The position numbers and the translations under genes are program-made. Below are positions 45,174-54,154 of a stretch of DNA of 64,000 nucleotides, piece after piece (position 1 is the first letter of the stretch; each line of letters starts with the position of its first letter). The notes beneath the pieces were generated by a model. The model saw only the letters and a program-made list of their open reading frames with translations. It did not search any database and had not been told where the DNA came from. This DNA comes from an uncultured Christensenella sp. GTDB taxonomy: Bacteria; Bacillota; Clostridia; Christensenellales; UBA3700. The stretch is from positions 2,850-66,849 of the forward strand of contig CAJTPC010000005.1 in assembly GCA_910578245.1 (NCBI GenBank). The letters run 5' to 3'.

Positions 45174-47837
45174 TTAGTTCTCGTCAAGATATCTTGTTGC
45201 CATAGGCTCAGGCTTAACTCTTGGGAAGAGAATGTTTGCCTGCGCTGCGGCAAGTCTTGCTATTGGAACTCTGAACGGCGAGCAAGATACGTACGTCAAG
45301 CCTGCGTTGTGGCAGAATTCAATAGTAGACGGATCACCGCCGTGCTCTCCGCATATACCGAGTTTGATATCAGGTCTTACGGACTTACCGCCATCAATAG
45401 CTATCTTAACAAGTTTGCCTACGCCGATTTGGTCAAGTCTAGCAAATGGGTCAGATTCATAAATCTTCTTCTCATAGTAATCGCCAAGGAACTTTCCTGC
45501 ATCGTCACGAGAGAAACCGAAAGTCATTTGAGTCAAGTCGTTTGTACCGAAGGAGAAGAATTCTGCTTCCTTTGCAATCTCGTCAGCAGTCAACGCAGCT
45601 CTTGGAATCTCAATCATAGTACCGATATGATATTCCATCTTCGCCTTGTTCTTCTTCAAAACCTTTTCAGCGGTTTCTACTACTATGTCTTTAACGTACT
45701 TCAATTCCTTAATTTCGCCTACGAGCGGAATCATTATTTCAGGAACTACCTCAATACCTTTCTTTCTCACGTTCAATGCCGCCTCGATTACAGCTTGAGT
45801 TTGCATTGCCGCAATCTCCGGATAGGTAACCGCTAGACGACAACCTCTGTGACCCATCATTGGGTTAAACTCGTGCAAACCTTCTACGGTTGATTTCAAG
45901 TCTTCAAAGGTCAATCCCATGGTCTTAGCGAGCTCTGCTATATCCTCATCTTTGTGAGGTACGAACTCGTGGAGCGGCGGGTCGAGGAAACGAATTGTAA
46001 CAGGCTTGCCTGCCATAGCAGTATAAAGTCCCTCAAAGTCGCTTCTTTGCATTGGCAAAATCTTAGCCAAAGCCTTTTGACGCTCTTCTACAGTCTTGGA
46101 TACTATCATTTCTCTAACTGCAGGTATTCTATCCTCAGCAAAGAACATGTGCTCCGTACGGCAAAGACCGATACCCTCTGCGCCAAAGCCTACAGCTACT
46201 TCCGCATCGTGCGGAGTGTCGGCATTTGTTCTTACTTTCAACGCTCTGTATTTATCAGCCCAAGCCATTATCTTTCCGAAGTCACCGCTTATAGTAGCTT
46301 CTTCAGTAGCTATTTGCTCACCGTATACCTTACCTGTGGAACCGTCCAAAGATAGGTAATCTTGATCGGTATAAGTCTTACCGCCGATATAAATAACTCT
46401 CTTTTCTTCGTCAATCTTAACTTCGCCGCAACCTGATACGCAACAAGCGCCCATGCCTCTTGCAACAACGGCTGCGTGAGAAGTCATACCGCCTCTTACC
46501 GTCAAAATACCTTGAGCGGCGTACATACCTTCGATATCTTCAGGAGAAGTTTCCAATCTTACAAGAACAACCTTTTCGCCTGCCTTAGTTCTCTCTACAG
46601 CCTCTTCTGCCGTAAAGCTGATTTTACCGCAAGCGGCGCCCGGAGATGCTGCCAAGCCTGTGGCGATAGCCTTTGCTTTCTTCAACGCGTCTGCATTGAA
46701 TTGCGGGTGCAATAATGCGTCCAATTGCTTAGGCTCTATCTTGAGCAATGCTTCTTGCTCGGTAATCATACCTTCTTCTACAAGGTCGCAAGCAATCTTG
46801 ATTGCGGCTCTTGCCGTACGCTTACCGTTACGCGTCTGCAACATATAAAGTCTGCCTTCTTCGATAGTAAACTCCATATCTTGCATATCCTTGTTGGCTT
46901 TTTCAAGTCTTTCGGCAATCTCTACGAATTGGTCGTAAACTGCCTTATTGGTCTGAGCCAAGTGGTCAATCGTCATAGGAGTACGTATACCTGCAACGAC
47001 GTCCTCTCCTTGAGCGTTCATAAGATATTCGCCAAAAAGTTTTTTCTCGCCGGTCGAAGGGTCTCTTGTGAAAGCTACGCCGGTACCTGAATTCTCGCCC
47101 ATATTACCGAATACCATTGACTGAACGTTAACGGCGGTACCCCAACTACCGGGAATATCGTTCATACGGCGGTATACGATAGCTCTTGGGTTATCCCAGC
47201 TTCTAAATACTGCCTTGACAGCCTCGATAAGTTGAACCTTTGGGTCTTGCGGGAACTCCGCTCCTTGATGCTCAAAATATACTTTCTTAAAGAGCTTGAT
47301 AAGTTTCTTCATATCCTCTGCGTCCAACTCTGTGTCAGACTTAACGCCCTTTTCTTCCTTTACTTTATCTATTATCTTTTCAAACTCGCTCTTGGGAGTA
47401 CCCATAACGACGTCGGAAAACATCTGAATAAATCTGCGATAGCAGTCGTATGCAAATCTTGCGTTGTTAGTCTTCTTAGCAAGACCTTTTACAGACACAT
47501 CGTTAAGTCCCAAGTTGAGAATCGTGTCCATCATACCGGGCATTGAAGCTCTTGCGCCAGAACGAACTGATACCAAAAACGGATTCTTTTCATCGCCAAA
47601 CTTCTTACCTGCATCTGCCTCGACCTTTTCCAAAGCCTCAAAGATTTCCTTAACTATTCCGTCGGCAATCTTCTCTCCGTCCTCATAGTATTTGGTACAT
47701 GCTTCGGTAGTGATAGTGAAACCTTGCGGTACAGGCATACCCCAAGAAGTCATCTTTGCAAGATTGGCGCCCTTACCGCCAAACAAATCTTTTCTGTCGC
47801 CATCGGCTTCTTTGAAAAGATATACGTACTTTGCCAT
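45174..47837 (-). CDS. ppdK: Pyruvate, phosphate dikinase
   Basis: About 887 aa from ATG 47837 (MAKYVYLFKE), 6 nt after AAGGAGG. Contains the phospho-His motif GGMTSHAAVVARGMG and the PEP-utilising C-terminal motif GTNDLTQ. Confidence 0.95.
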   Translation of the reverse strand: MAKYVYLFKEADGDRKDLFGGKGANLAKMTSWGMPVPQGFTITTEACTKYYEDGEKIADGIVKEIFEALEKVEADAGKKFGDEKNPFLVSVRSGARASMPGMMDTILNLGLNDVSVKGLAKKTNNARFAYDCYRRFIQMFSDVVMGTPKSEFEKIIDKVKEEKGVKSDTELDAEDMKKLIKLFKKVYFEHQGAEFPQDPKVQLIEAVKAVFRSWDNPRAIVYRRMNDIPGSWGTAVNVQSMVFGNMGENSGTGVAFTRDPSTGEKKLFGEYLMNAQGEDVVAGIRTPMTIDHLAQTNKAVYDQFVEIAERLEKANKDMQDMEFTIEEGRLYMLQTRNGKRTARAAIKIACDLVEEGMITEQEALLKIEPKQLDALLHPQFNADALKKAKAIATGLAASPGAACGKISFTAEEAVERTKAGEKVVLVRLETSPEDIEGMYAAQGILTVRGGMTSHAAVVARGMGACCVSGCGEVKIDEEKRVIYIGGKTYTDQDYLSLDGSTGKVYGEQIATEEATISGDFGKIMAWADKYRALKVRTNADTPHDAEVAVGFGAEGIGLCRTEHMFFAEDRIPAVREMIVSKTVEERQKALAKILPMQRSDFEGLYTAMAGKPVTIRFLDPPLHEFVPHKDEDIAELAKTMGLTFEDLKSTVEGLHEFNPMMGHRGCRLAVTYPEIAAMQTQAVIEAALNVRKKGIEVVPEIMIPLVGEIKELKYVKDIVVETAEKVLKKNKAKMEYHIGTMIEIPRAALTADEIAKEAEFFSFGTNDLTQMTFGFSRDDAGKFLGDYYEKKIYESDPFARLDQIGVGKLVKIAIDGGKSVRPDIKLGICGEHGGDPSTIEFCHNAGLTYVSCSPFRVPIARLAAAQANILFPRVKPEPMATRYLDEN

Positions 47838-48022
47838 TTTGTTCCTCCTTTTCAATGGAAAATTTTACTAATATTTTTATTAGGTTTATTTTACAACATA
47901 TAAATATAAAATACAAGTATATTCGGGCAATTTATAAAAATTCCTTAGAAATACATGTTTTGTCCATAAAGACTTAACAGACCGATTTATTGATAGAATT
48001 ATTACAAAAATTTCGAAAATAT

Positions 48023-48571
48023 TTATACGCTGAACTCGCCGAGTTTGATAAGTTCTTTTAAGGCATTGATTTTAACGCCGTGAGTGTGATAAAAATAATT
48101 CAAATAGTCTTTTAGCGTAATTGCTTTTACTTCATAGCCAAGCGCCAAAGTTATCTCTTTAAGGGAATTGAAAAGACTTACTTTTGGATATTCGTCGGAA
48201 TGACAAAGTTCGTTGAGCGCGTTGAGCATCGCTACAAAAAGGCGGTGATTATACTCATCTTCCAGACACATCTTGTCTACAACTTCCAAAATAACACAAG
48301 AACAATAATACTTTACGGGATCTAGCGTGACTTCAAAGAAACTGTCGATGGTATCGCACCCCACTAAAGTATAACGGTCTGCGCCTACTAAATAGTACTT
48401 ACCAAAGCACAGCGGCGTAGTTGCGTATTTTAATTTGGATTTTTGATTTTTACAACCTCTTGCTTTAACGGCGACTTTACCCTTTTGAGCAAGATAGAGC
48501 GTCAAAATCCTGTCGCTCTCACCATAGTCTACGGCTCTCAAGCATATTCCCTCGCCCTCTAGTTGCTCCAA
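48023..48571 (-). CDS. recO: DNA repair protein RecO (short form)
   Basis: 182 aa with an N-terminal OB fold (GICLRAVDYGESDRILTLYL). TTG start after AAGGAG. Follows era and yqzL as in Bacillus. Confidence 0.8.
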   Translation of the reverse strand: MEQLEGEGICLRAVDYGESDRILTLYLAQKGKVAVKARGCKNQKSKLKYATTPLCFGKYYLVGADRYTLVGCDTIDSFFEVTLDPVKYYCSCVILEVVDKMCLEDEYNHRLFVAMLNALNELCHSDEYPKVSLFNSLKEITLALGYEVKAITLKDYLNYFYHTHGVKINALKELIKLGEFSV

Positions 48572-48581
48572 AATCTCTCCT

Positions 48582-48689
48582 TTATCTCTTGGCGTCTTTC
48601 CCCTTTTCGTCCATAGCCCGCCACATAAGATAATACTGTATATTTCCCGTTTTGTTAAAAAGTTGCCACAATGTATCTCTGCAATCCAT
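48582..48689 (-). CDS. yqzL: YqzL-like small protein (not in ORF track, 35 aa)
   Basis: GGAGG SD 7 nt upstream. My translation is MDCRDTLWQLFNKTGNIQYYLMWRAMDEKGKDAKR. It has the W..F..TGNI..YL motif and the era-recO intergenic position of the YqzL family. Confidence 0.7.
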   Translation of the reverse strand: MDCRDTLWQLFNKTGNIQYYLMWRAMDEKGKDAKR

Positions 48690-48775
48690 AATTACGCCTC
48701 CGATTTTATATGTAACCGTCCATATATATTTTGCGTATTTACAGAAATTCTAAGCAAGCAATCTGATTTTTTATT

Positions 48776-49672
48776 TTAATTCTTCAAATCTTTGATGTTG
48801 TATCCAAGTTGATTTAACAAAAAATCGCTATCCCGCCAATCTTCCTTTACTCTGACGTAAAGATTGAGAAATACTTTCGCTTCAACCATATTCTCTATAT
48901 CCTGCCTTGATTGCGTCGAGATTTTCTTTATCATAGTTCCGCCCTTGCCAATGACCATAGCCTTGTGAGACTGCTTCTCGCATACGATATCTGCGTCTAT
49001 TGACACAACACCGTTATCGCCCATTTCATATTTGTTGACGACTACTCCGATTCCGTAAGGAATTTCCTCATCGAGATTTCGCAGAGCTTTTTCCCGTATG
49101 ATTTCACTCACCATAAAACGCATAGATTTGTCAGTATACATATCTTCGTCAAAGAACTTCTCTCCCTCCGGTAAAAGTTCTAAAAGTCTTGACTTGAGCA
49201 TATCGACGTTTTTGCCCGTCAATGCGCTTATCGGTATAATACTGTCAATACCTTGTATATCTTTGAGCGCTGTTATTCTCTCTAAAATTGCGCTTTGCTC
49301 CACTTCATCGCATTTATTGAGCGCAACGATAAATGGCGTGTCTTTACCTGCGTATCTTTCTATATTTTGAATGTCATACTCGTCAAGACGCTTGTCCATA
49401 GCCATTACGTATACAATAACTTCCACTCCGTCTTGTCCCGCTTCAACGCTCTTCATCATAAACTTTGACAACGCATTCTTTGCTTTGTGCATACCCGGAG
49501 TGTCAACTATGATTAGTTGATAGTCCGCGCCGCTTAATATTCCTAATATCTTATTGCGAGTTGTCTGCGGTTTCCAAGACACAATAGACACTTTCTCACC
49601 GACTATAGTGTTGGTGAGAGTGGATTTTCCTGCATTTGGTTTGCCTATTAACGATACAAATCCCGATTTCAT
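48776..49672 (-). CDS. era: GTPase Era
   Basis: G1 GKPNAGKST, G3 DTPG, G4 NKCD, and a C-terminal KH domain. Confidence 0.95.
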   Translation of the reverse strand: MKSGFVSLIGKPNAGKSTLTNTIVGEKVSIVSWKPQTTRNKILGILSGADYQLIIVDTPGMHKAKNALSKFMMKSVEAGQDGVEVIVYVMAMDKRLDEYDIQNIERYAGKDTPFIVALNKCDEVEQSAILERITALKDIQGIDSIIPISALTGKNVDMLKSRLLELLPEGEKFFDEDMYTDKSMRFMVSEIIREKALRNLDEEIPYGIGVVVNKYEMGDNGVVSIDADIVCEKQSHKAMVIGKGGTMIKKISTQSRQDIENMVEAKVFLNLYVRVKEDWRDSDFLLNQLGYNIKDLKN

Positions 49673-49730
49673 ATTTTACCTAGATTATTTATACTGCTTG
49701 TTATCGAATTACTTCTAAACGATGTAGCGC

Positions 49731-50204
49731 TTATCTTTCTATCCCCAATTTGCCGAGTATCAGTTCTTCTTGCTCTCTCATCTTTTCTTTATCCAACTGC
49801 TCAATATGATCAAAACCCAATAGATGCAACAGTCCGTGCAGAACAAGATAACAACTCTCGCGCTCATTTGAATGTCCATACTCTGCGCTCTGCTCTGCCA
49901 TACGCGAATAGCAAAGCATTATTTCTCCTAACATTATCTCTCCGCTAGACGGGTCAATATCCAAAGGATAATCTTCTGCTACAAAGGGCATTTTTACCTC
50001 TAAACTCGGAAAGCTCAAGACATCAGTCACGCTATCGACGCCCCTATATTGCTTATTGACGTCTTTTATCGTATCTTCGTCCACAATAGTCAACTCTACG
50101 TTGACGTTTTCCGGTAAGTCAAAATGAGTTCTGTATTCTTCAAATACTTTTTGTATAAGCGCCGTATCAAGTCTGCTTTCTACTTCGTCGTAAATCTCCA
50201 ACAT
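49731..50204 (-). CDS. ybeY: rRNA maturation endoribonuclease YbeY
   Basis: HGLLHLLGFDH zinc motif, 157 aa. Confidence 0.93.
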   Translation of the reverse strand: MLEIYDEVESRLDTALIQKVFEEYRTHFDLPENVNVELTIVDEDTIKDVNKQYRGVDSVTDVLSFPSLEVKMPFVAEDYPLDIDPSSGEIMLGEIMLCYSRMAEQSAEYGHSNERESCYLVLHGLLHLLGFDHIEQLDKEKMREQEELILGKLGIER

Positions 50205-51649
50205 TATCTGCGCTCCTTGGCTTTGTCGTAGTCAATTCTCTTATGCATTGTTGCCATAGCTACTTCGCATATAGTGTCTTTGATTATAGCAAAGTCTTTT
50301 ACAGACATAGTACAGTCGTCAAACTGTCCGTCTTTGAGCTTTGAATTTATTACGTTCTCAACTATTGCTCTCATGCCTTCTTCGTCCGCAGGCGGTTTTG
50401 CTCTTGTAATAGCTTCGCACATATCGCAAATCATAACCAGCGCGCTATATTTGGTAGACGGCTTGTTGGCATTGTATCTGTACGCATAGTTACCGAGTTG
50501 TTCTTCCGTGATACTCTGCGCCTTGATATAGAAGTATGATACGGTAGCGTCTCCGTGATGCTCGTAAGCGGCTCTTATGACAGTCTCAGGCATATGGTGT
50601 TTTTTAAGTATTTCTACGCCGTCCTTAACGTGTCCGGTAATCATATTTACGCTGACTTCGGGTATTAAATCATCGTGAGGATTGCGTCCGTCTTTTTGAT
50701 TTTCCGTAAAGTATTCAGGATGGTTTATCTTGCCCACGTCGTGAAAATACGCGCATGCTCTTGCCATATACGTATTGAGGTCGATTGCTATTGCGCAACT
50801 CTCTACGAGATTGGCAACGTTGACGCTGTGATTGTAAGTACCAGGGGCTTTTTCCTTAAGTTCTTTGAGAAGAGGTTGCGACGGCGAACAAACTTCTGCA
50901 AGCCTAAAGTTGGTCCATACTGCAAATATACTCTCATACAACGGCAAGAAAACAATGAAGATTGCAACCGCCAACATACTACCGATAAGTCTGTCAAGTA
51001 TTGCATTGCCAATCGTTTCTATGCTGAGTCCGTGTCCCAATATCGAATAAAGACCTGCAAGCGGGGTCGTAGCAAGCGCTATCAAAATCGTACCCCACGT
51101 CAATCTCAGACGGGAGTATTCTTTGCCCACAAGGAAGGTCATAAACAAACACATTATCAATGATATCAATAGACCGCCTATCATATCAATGTTGTAATTC
51201 TCAATATCAAGTACGTACGTACTCGACATTACTATCGCGAGCATTACGCCTATCGTAACGAACGTTGAGAATATGCCCAATTTCCTATTGATAAGCACAG
51301 TAACCATCATTGTGACTGAAGACGTAACTATCGCTCCAGGTGTGAAGTAACTGTAAAGAATACACGATACCAAAACCGATATGAATATAGTCGAATAACA
51401 TATCAAACACTTTTTTAACGTAGACATATATTCTTGCGTATCATCGTCTAACTTGTCGATATAAAAATACAACGTGGCCAATATACAAAATACCATTATC
51501 GTCAATGGCAAATAAACTTTATAATTGGCAAATACCGTAATGTCTTTGGCTATGCAGGCTACCGCGAATACCGTCATAAAGAACGATAGGACAAATATCA
51601 CTGCCAAGTACGCTACGGTAATGGATTTTTTTTGCTTTTGAATTTTCAT
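50204..51649 (-). CDS. pgpH: 7TM-HD membrane phosphohydrolase (PgpH/YqfF-like, putative c-di-AMP phosphodiesterase), short form
   Basis: 481 aa with multiple TM segments, then an HD domain (YFHDVGK, EHH). It lacks the long N-terminal extracellular domain of Bacillus YqfF. Confidence 0.8.
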   Translation of the reverse strand: MKIQKQKKSITVAYLAVIFVLSFFMTVFAVACIAKDITVFANYKVYLPLTIMVFCILATLYFYIDKLDDDTQEYMSTLKKCLICYSTIFISVLVSCILYSYFTPGAIVTSSVTMMVTVLINRKLGIFSTFVTIGVMLAIVMSSTYVLDIENYNIDMIGGLLISLIMCLFMTFLVGKEYSRLRLTWGTILIALATTPLAGLYSILGHGLSIETIGNAILDRLIGSMLAVAIFIVFLPLYESIFAVWTNFRLAEVCSPSQPLLKELKEKAPGTYNHSVNVANLVESCAIAIDLNTYMARACAYFHDVGKINHPEYFTENQKDGRNPHDDLIPEVSVNMITGHVKDGVEILKKHHMPETVIRAAYEHHGDATVSYFYIKAQSITEEQLGNYAYRYNANKPSTKYSALVMICDMCEAITRAKPPADEEGMRAIVENVINSKLKDGQFDDCTMSVKDFAIIKDTICEVAMATMHKRIDYDKAKERR

Positions 51650-51689
51650 CTTACTGCCTTTTTCCTATTGATTTGATATATTGATGATT

Positions 51690-52667
51690 TTATTTATTAT
51701 TGGCTTTTGCCCCATGCTCTTCGTAAGCCTTAACTATTGCTTGCACAAGGTCGTTGCGGACTATATCCTTATTCTTGAGATTGACTATGGCTATGCCGTC
51801 AATGCCTAGAAGTATACTCGATGCGTGCAACAAACCGGACGACTTGTCGGACGGCAAATCTATTTGCGTCGCATCGCCTGTTACGACAACTCTGCTTCCC
51901 TCGCCCATTCTTGTCAAAAACATCTTCATTTGTTCTCTTGTCGTATTTTGCGCTTCATCGAGAATTATAAACGCATTTGACAAAGTTCTGCCTCGCATAT
52001 ACGCAAGCGGAGCAATTTCTATCACTCCCTTTTCTATAAGACGTGAATAAACCTCCAGTCCGAACATCTCTTGCAAAGCGTCGTAGAGCGGTCGCAAATA
52101 CGGATCTACTTTTGCTCCTAAATCACCCGGTAAAAAGCCAAGTTTTTCTCCTGCTTCAACCGCGGGACGGGTGAGTATAATCTTTTCCACCAATTTGTTT
52201 TTGTACATCTGCACGGCAAGCGCAACCGCAAGATACGTCTTACCCGTACCTGCAGGGCCTATTCCGAATACCACGCTATTGTTTTTTATTGCGTCAACGT
52301 ACTTAGCTTGTCCGTACGTCTTACATTTAATTTGCTTGCCTCTGGCTGTAATTGCCACAATCTTGGCAAGTTCGTCAAATCTGTCGCCGTCGTCGTTGTC
52401 TATTATCTCTAAGCAAAATCTGATAAAAGATCTATTTATCGCATTGCTCCCCGCTTTATCCAACAAAAGAGTAAGCAACTTCTCTGCTTTGTCTACAAGC
52501 GATTCTTCACCTTCAACGTTTATAGCGTTGTCAAACAAATTGATATTGACACCGAGTTTCTTTCTCAGGTAATTAACGTTTTCATCGTGGTTGCCAAATA
52601 GCGCTATAGCGTCTTGCATATTCTCCACATCGATCTTTATCTTTTTCGTGTTACTTTCCTGCACCAA
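51690..52667 (-). CDS. phoH: PhoH-family ATPase
   Basis: Walker A GPAGTGKTYLA and FIILDEAQN. The TTG/GTG start region overlaps the yqfD end. Confidence 0.9.
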   Translation of the reverse strand: MVQESNTKKIKIDVENMQDAIALFGNHDENVNYLRKKLGVNINLFDNAINVEGEESLVDKAEKLLTLLLDKAGSNAINRSFIRFCLEIIDNDDGDRFDELAKIVAITARGKQIKCKTYGQAKYVDAIKNNSVVFGIGPAGTGKTYLAVALAVQMYKNKLVEKIILTRPAVEAGEKLGFLPGDLGAKVDPYLRPLYDALQEMFGLEVYSRLIEKGVIEIAPLAYMRGRTLSNAFIILDEAQNTTREQMKMFLTRMGEGSRVVVTGDATQIDLPSDKSSGLLHASSILLGIDGIAIVNLKNKDIVRNDLVQAIVKAYEEHGAKANNK

Positions 52668-53787
52668 TATTTTCCTCTATTATTAAGTATATATCTATTA
52701 TGTGTAAATTGTCTACCTTTTTTTTATATATATAATTCTTTAGAAGTTTTCCGTCCTGCGGAATACTTTGCCACAGCTCAACATACGCCAAAGAAATTTG
52801 CTCGTCAATAGCAAGTTCATCAAGCTCTACCACCTGCTTAACGGTTTCGTAATACGTAGTAGTGACCGCTTTAATGGGTATTGCGCTACCGAAAATTTTA
52901 CTCTCTTGGGTATATTCGTACTCTTCGTACTTAACCGGTTTTTGCTTTCCTATAGCTTTGCCAAACAAATAAATCTGCGTAGTAGAATAGCTTTTGCCTG
53001 TACGAACGCTGTCAATTACCTGCGCCGTAAGAACAAGTTGTTTGGTATAAGAAGTTTCGCCGTAGACCAATCCGTCGGCGTTGACTATAAACCTTTCGTT
53101 TTCTTCATTTTCTGGATCTTCCGGCATTGTATCCACATAGCCCGCTATCAGCACATCGCCCTTCTTGACAACGTCGCCCGCTTTAACAAGCGCTGTTCCC
53201 GAATAAACCAATACTTTAGTGATAATACAATCTCTGTCTGCGACTATCTCATCGTAGACGTCTTGCTCTTCTTTTACGTGGACTTTTTTGACTTCGACTT
53301 TGAGTACCGCGCCGTCAAAATAACAGTTGGCAAAACCTATTTCGTCTATATTTTTACTTATCTCATAAGAGAGCTTCGAAGTATCGATTTTATCTTTTAA
53401 CATAAAGGGCTTGACTGAATTTTCTGCCAAAATGTAAGATATTTGTTCTCTCAACTCTCCGTTATCTACAATTATATCAACAGTAAAACATACTCTCGTA
53501 AGAACTGTAAGTATAGCGATTACTATTACCGCAGGTATAATCAAAGACAAGTATCTCAACGTCATCTTGCCTGCAAGGTATTTTCCGCCTCTACTTTCGA
53601 TAGTATAGTCAATCGCCATTTTGTCCATAATTTCTCTTGCTTGTTTAAGAGCGCTGTCCTCTATGCGAAAAGACATTTTGTCATCAAGAGATTTTACCTT
53701 GAATATGTCGATGTTTTTTTCAGAAAACTTATTGAGCAATCTCTGTGAATTTCTTGCCTGACAAATAATATGGGTATATACTTTCAT
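52651..53787 (-). CDS. yqfD: Sporulation protein YqfD
   Basis: 378 aa with a central TM. Its size and position (yqfC-yqfD-phoH) match the YqfD family. Confidence 0.75.
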   Translation of the reverse strand: MKVYTHIICQARNSQRLLNKFSEKNIDIFKVKSLDDKMSFRIEDSALKQAREIMDKMAIDYTIESRGGKYLAGKMTLRYLSLIIPAVIVIAILTVLTRVCFTVDIIVDNGELREQISYILAENSVKPFMLKDKIDTSKLSYEISKNIDEIGFANCYFDGAVLKVEVKKVHVKEEQDVYDEIVADRDCIITKVLVYSGTALVKAGDVVKKGDVLIAGYVDTMPEDPENEENERFIVNADGLVYGETSYTKQLVLTAQVIDSVRTGKSYSTTQIYLFGKAIGKQKPVKYEEYEYTQESKIFGSAIPIKAVTTTYYETVKQVVELDELAIDEQISLAYVELWQSIPQDGKLLKNYIYKKKVDNLHIIDIYLIIEENIGAGK

Positions 53788-54056
53788 TGCTTATATACCC
53801 CCTCTAGCGATACGTATACAACGTTCCCTTTGATTACCAACTCTTTGCTTTGCGAACTTGCAATAATTAAGTTATTGCCCTTAAAAATTACGCTTCCCTT
53901 TTTGAGTTTGACAACTATTTGCTCTTTGTCAAACTGCACGATACCCTTGTGACCTTCTATCACCGCGTATCCCTTGTCAAGCGTAATTGTAAAGTTATTA
54001 CCGATACCTTCTAAGTTGTTCTTTAATTTGCTTTGAATTTCTTTATTATAACTCAT
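53784..54056 (-). CDS. yqfC: Sporulation protein YqfC (YabP family)
   Basis: 90 aa with the ...AVIEGHKGIVQFDKEQIVVKLKKG...IKGNNLII... pattern. Shares an ATGA overlap with yqfD. Confidence 0.75.
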   Translation of the reverse strand: MSYNKEIQSKLKNNLEGIGNNFTITLDKGYAVIEGHKGIVQFDKEQIVVKLKKGSVIFKGNNLIIASSQSKELVIKGNVVYVSLEGVYKQ

Positions 54057-54154
54057 AGTCTATATATATTCAATTATATATAGATTTATTCTATAAAGAC
54101 TTTCCTTTCGTATATAAGAATAACGTCACTTCAATCCGAGCGGAAAGTTATACT

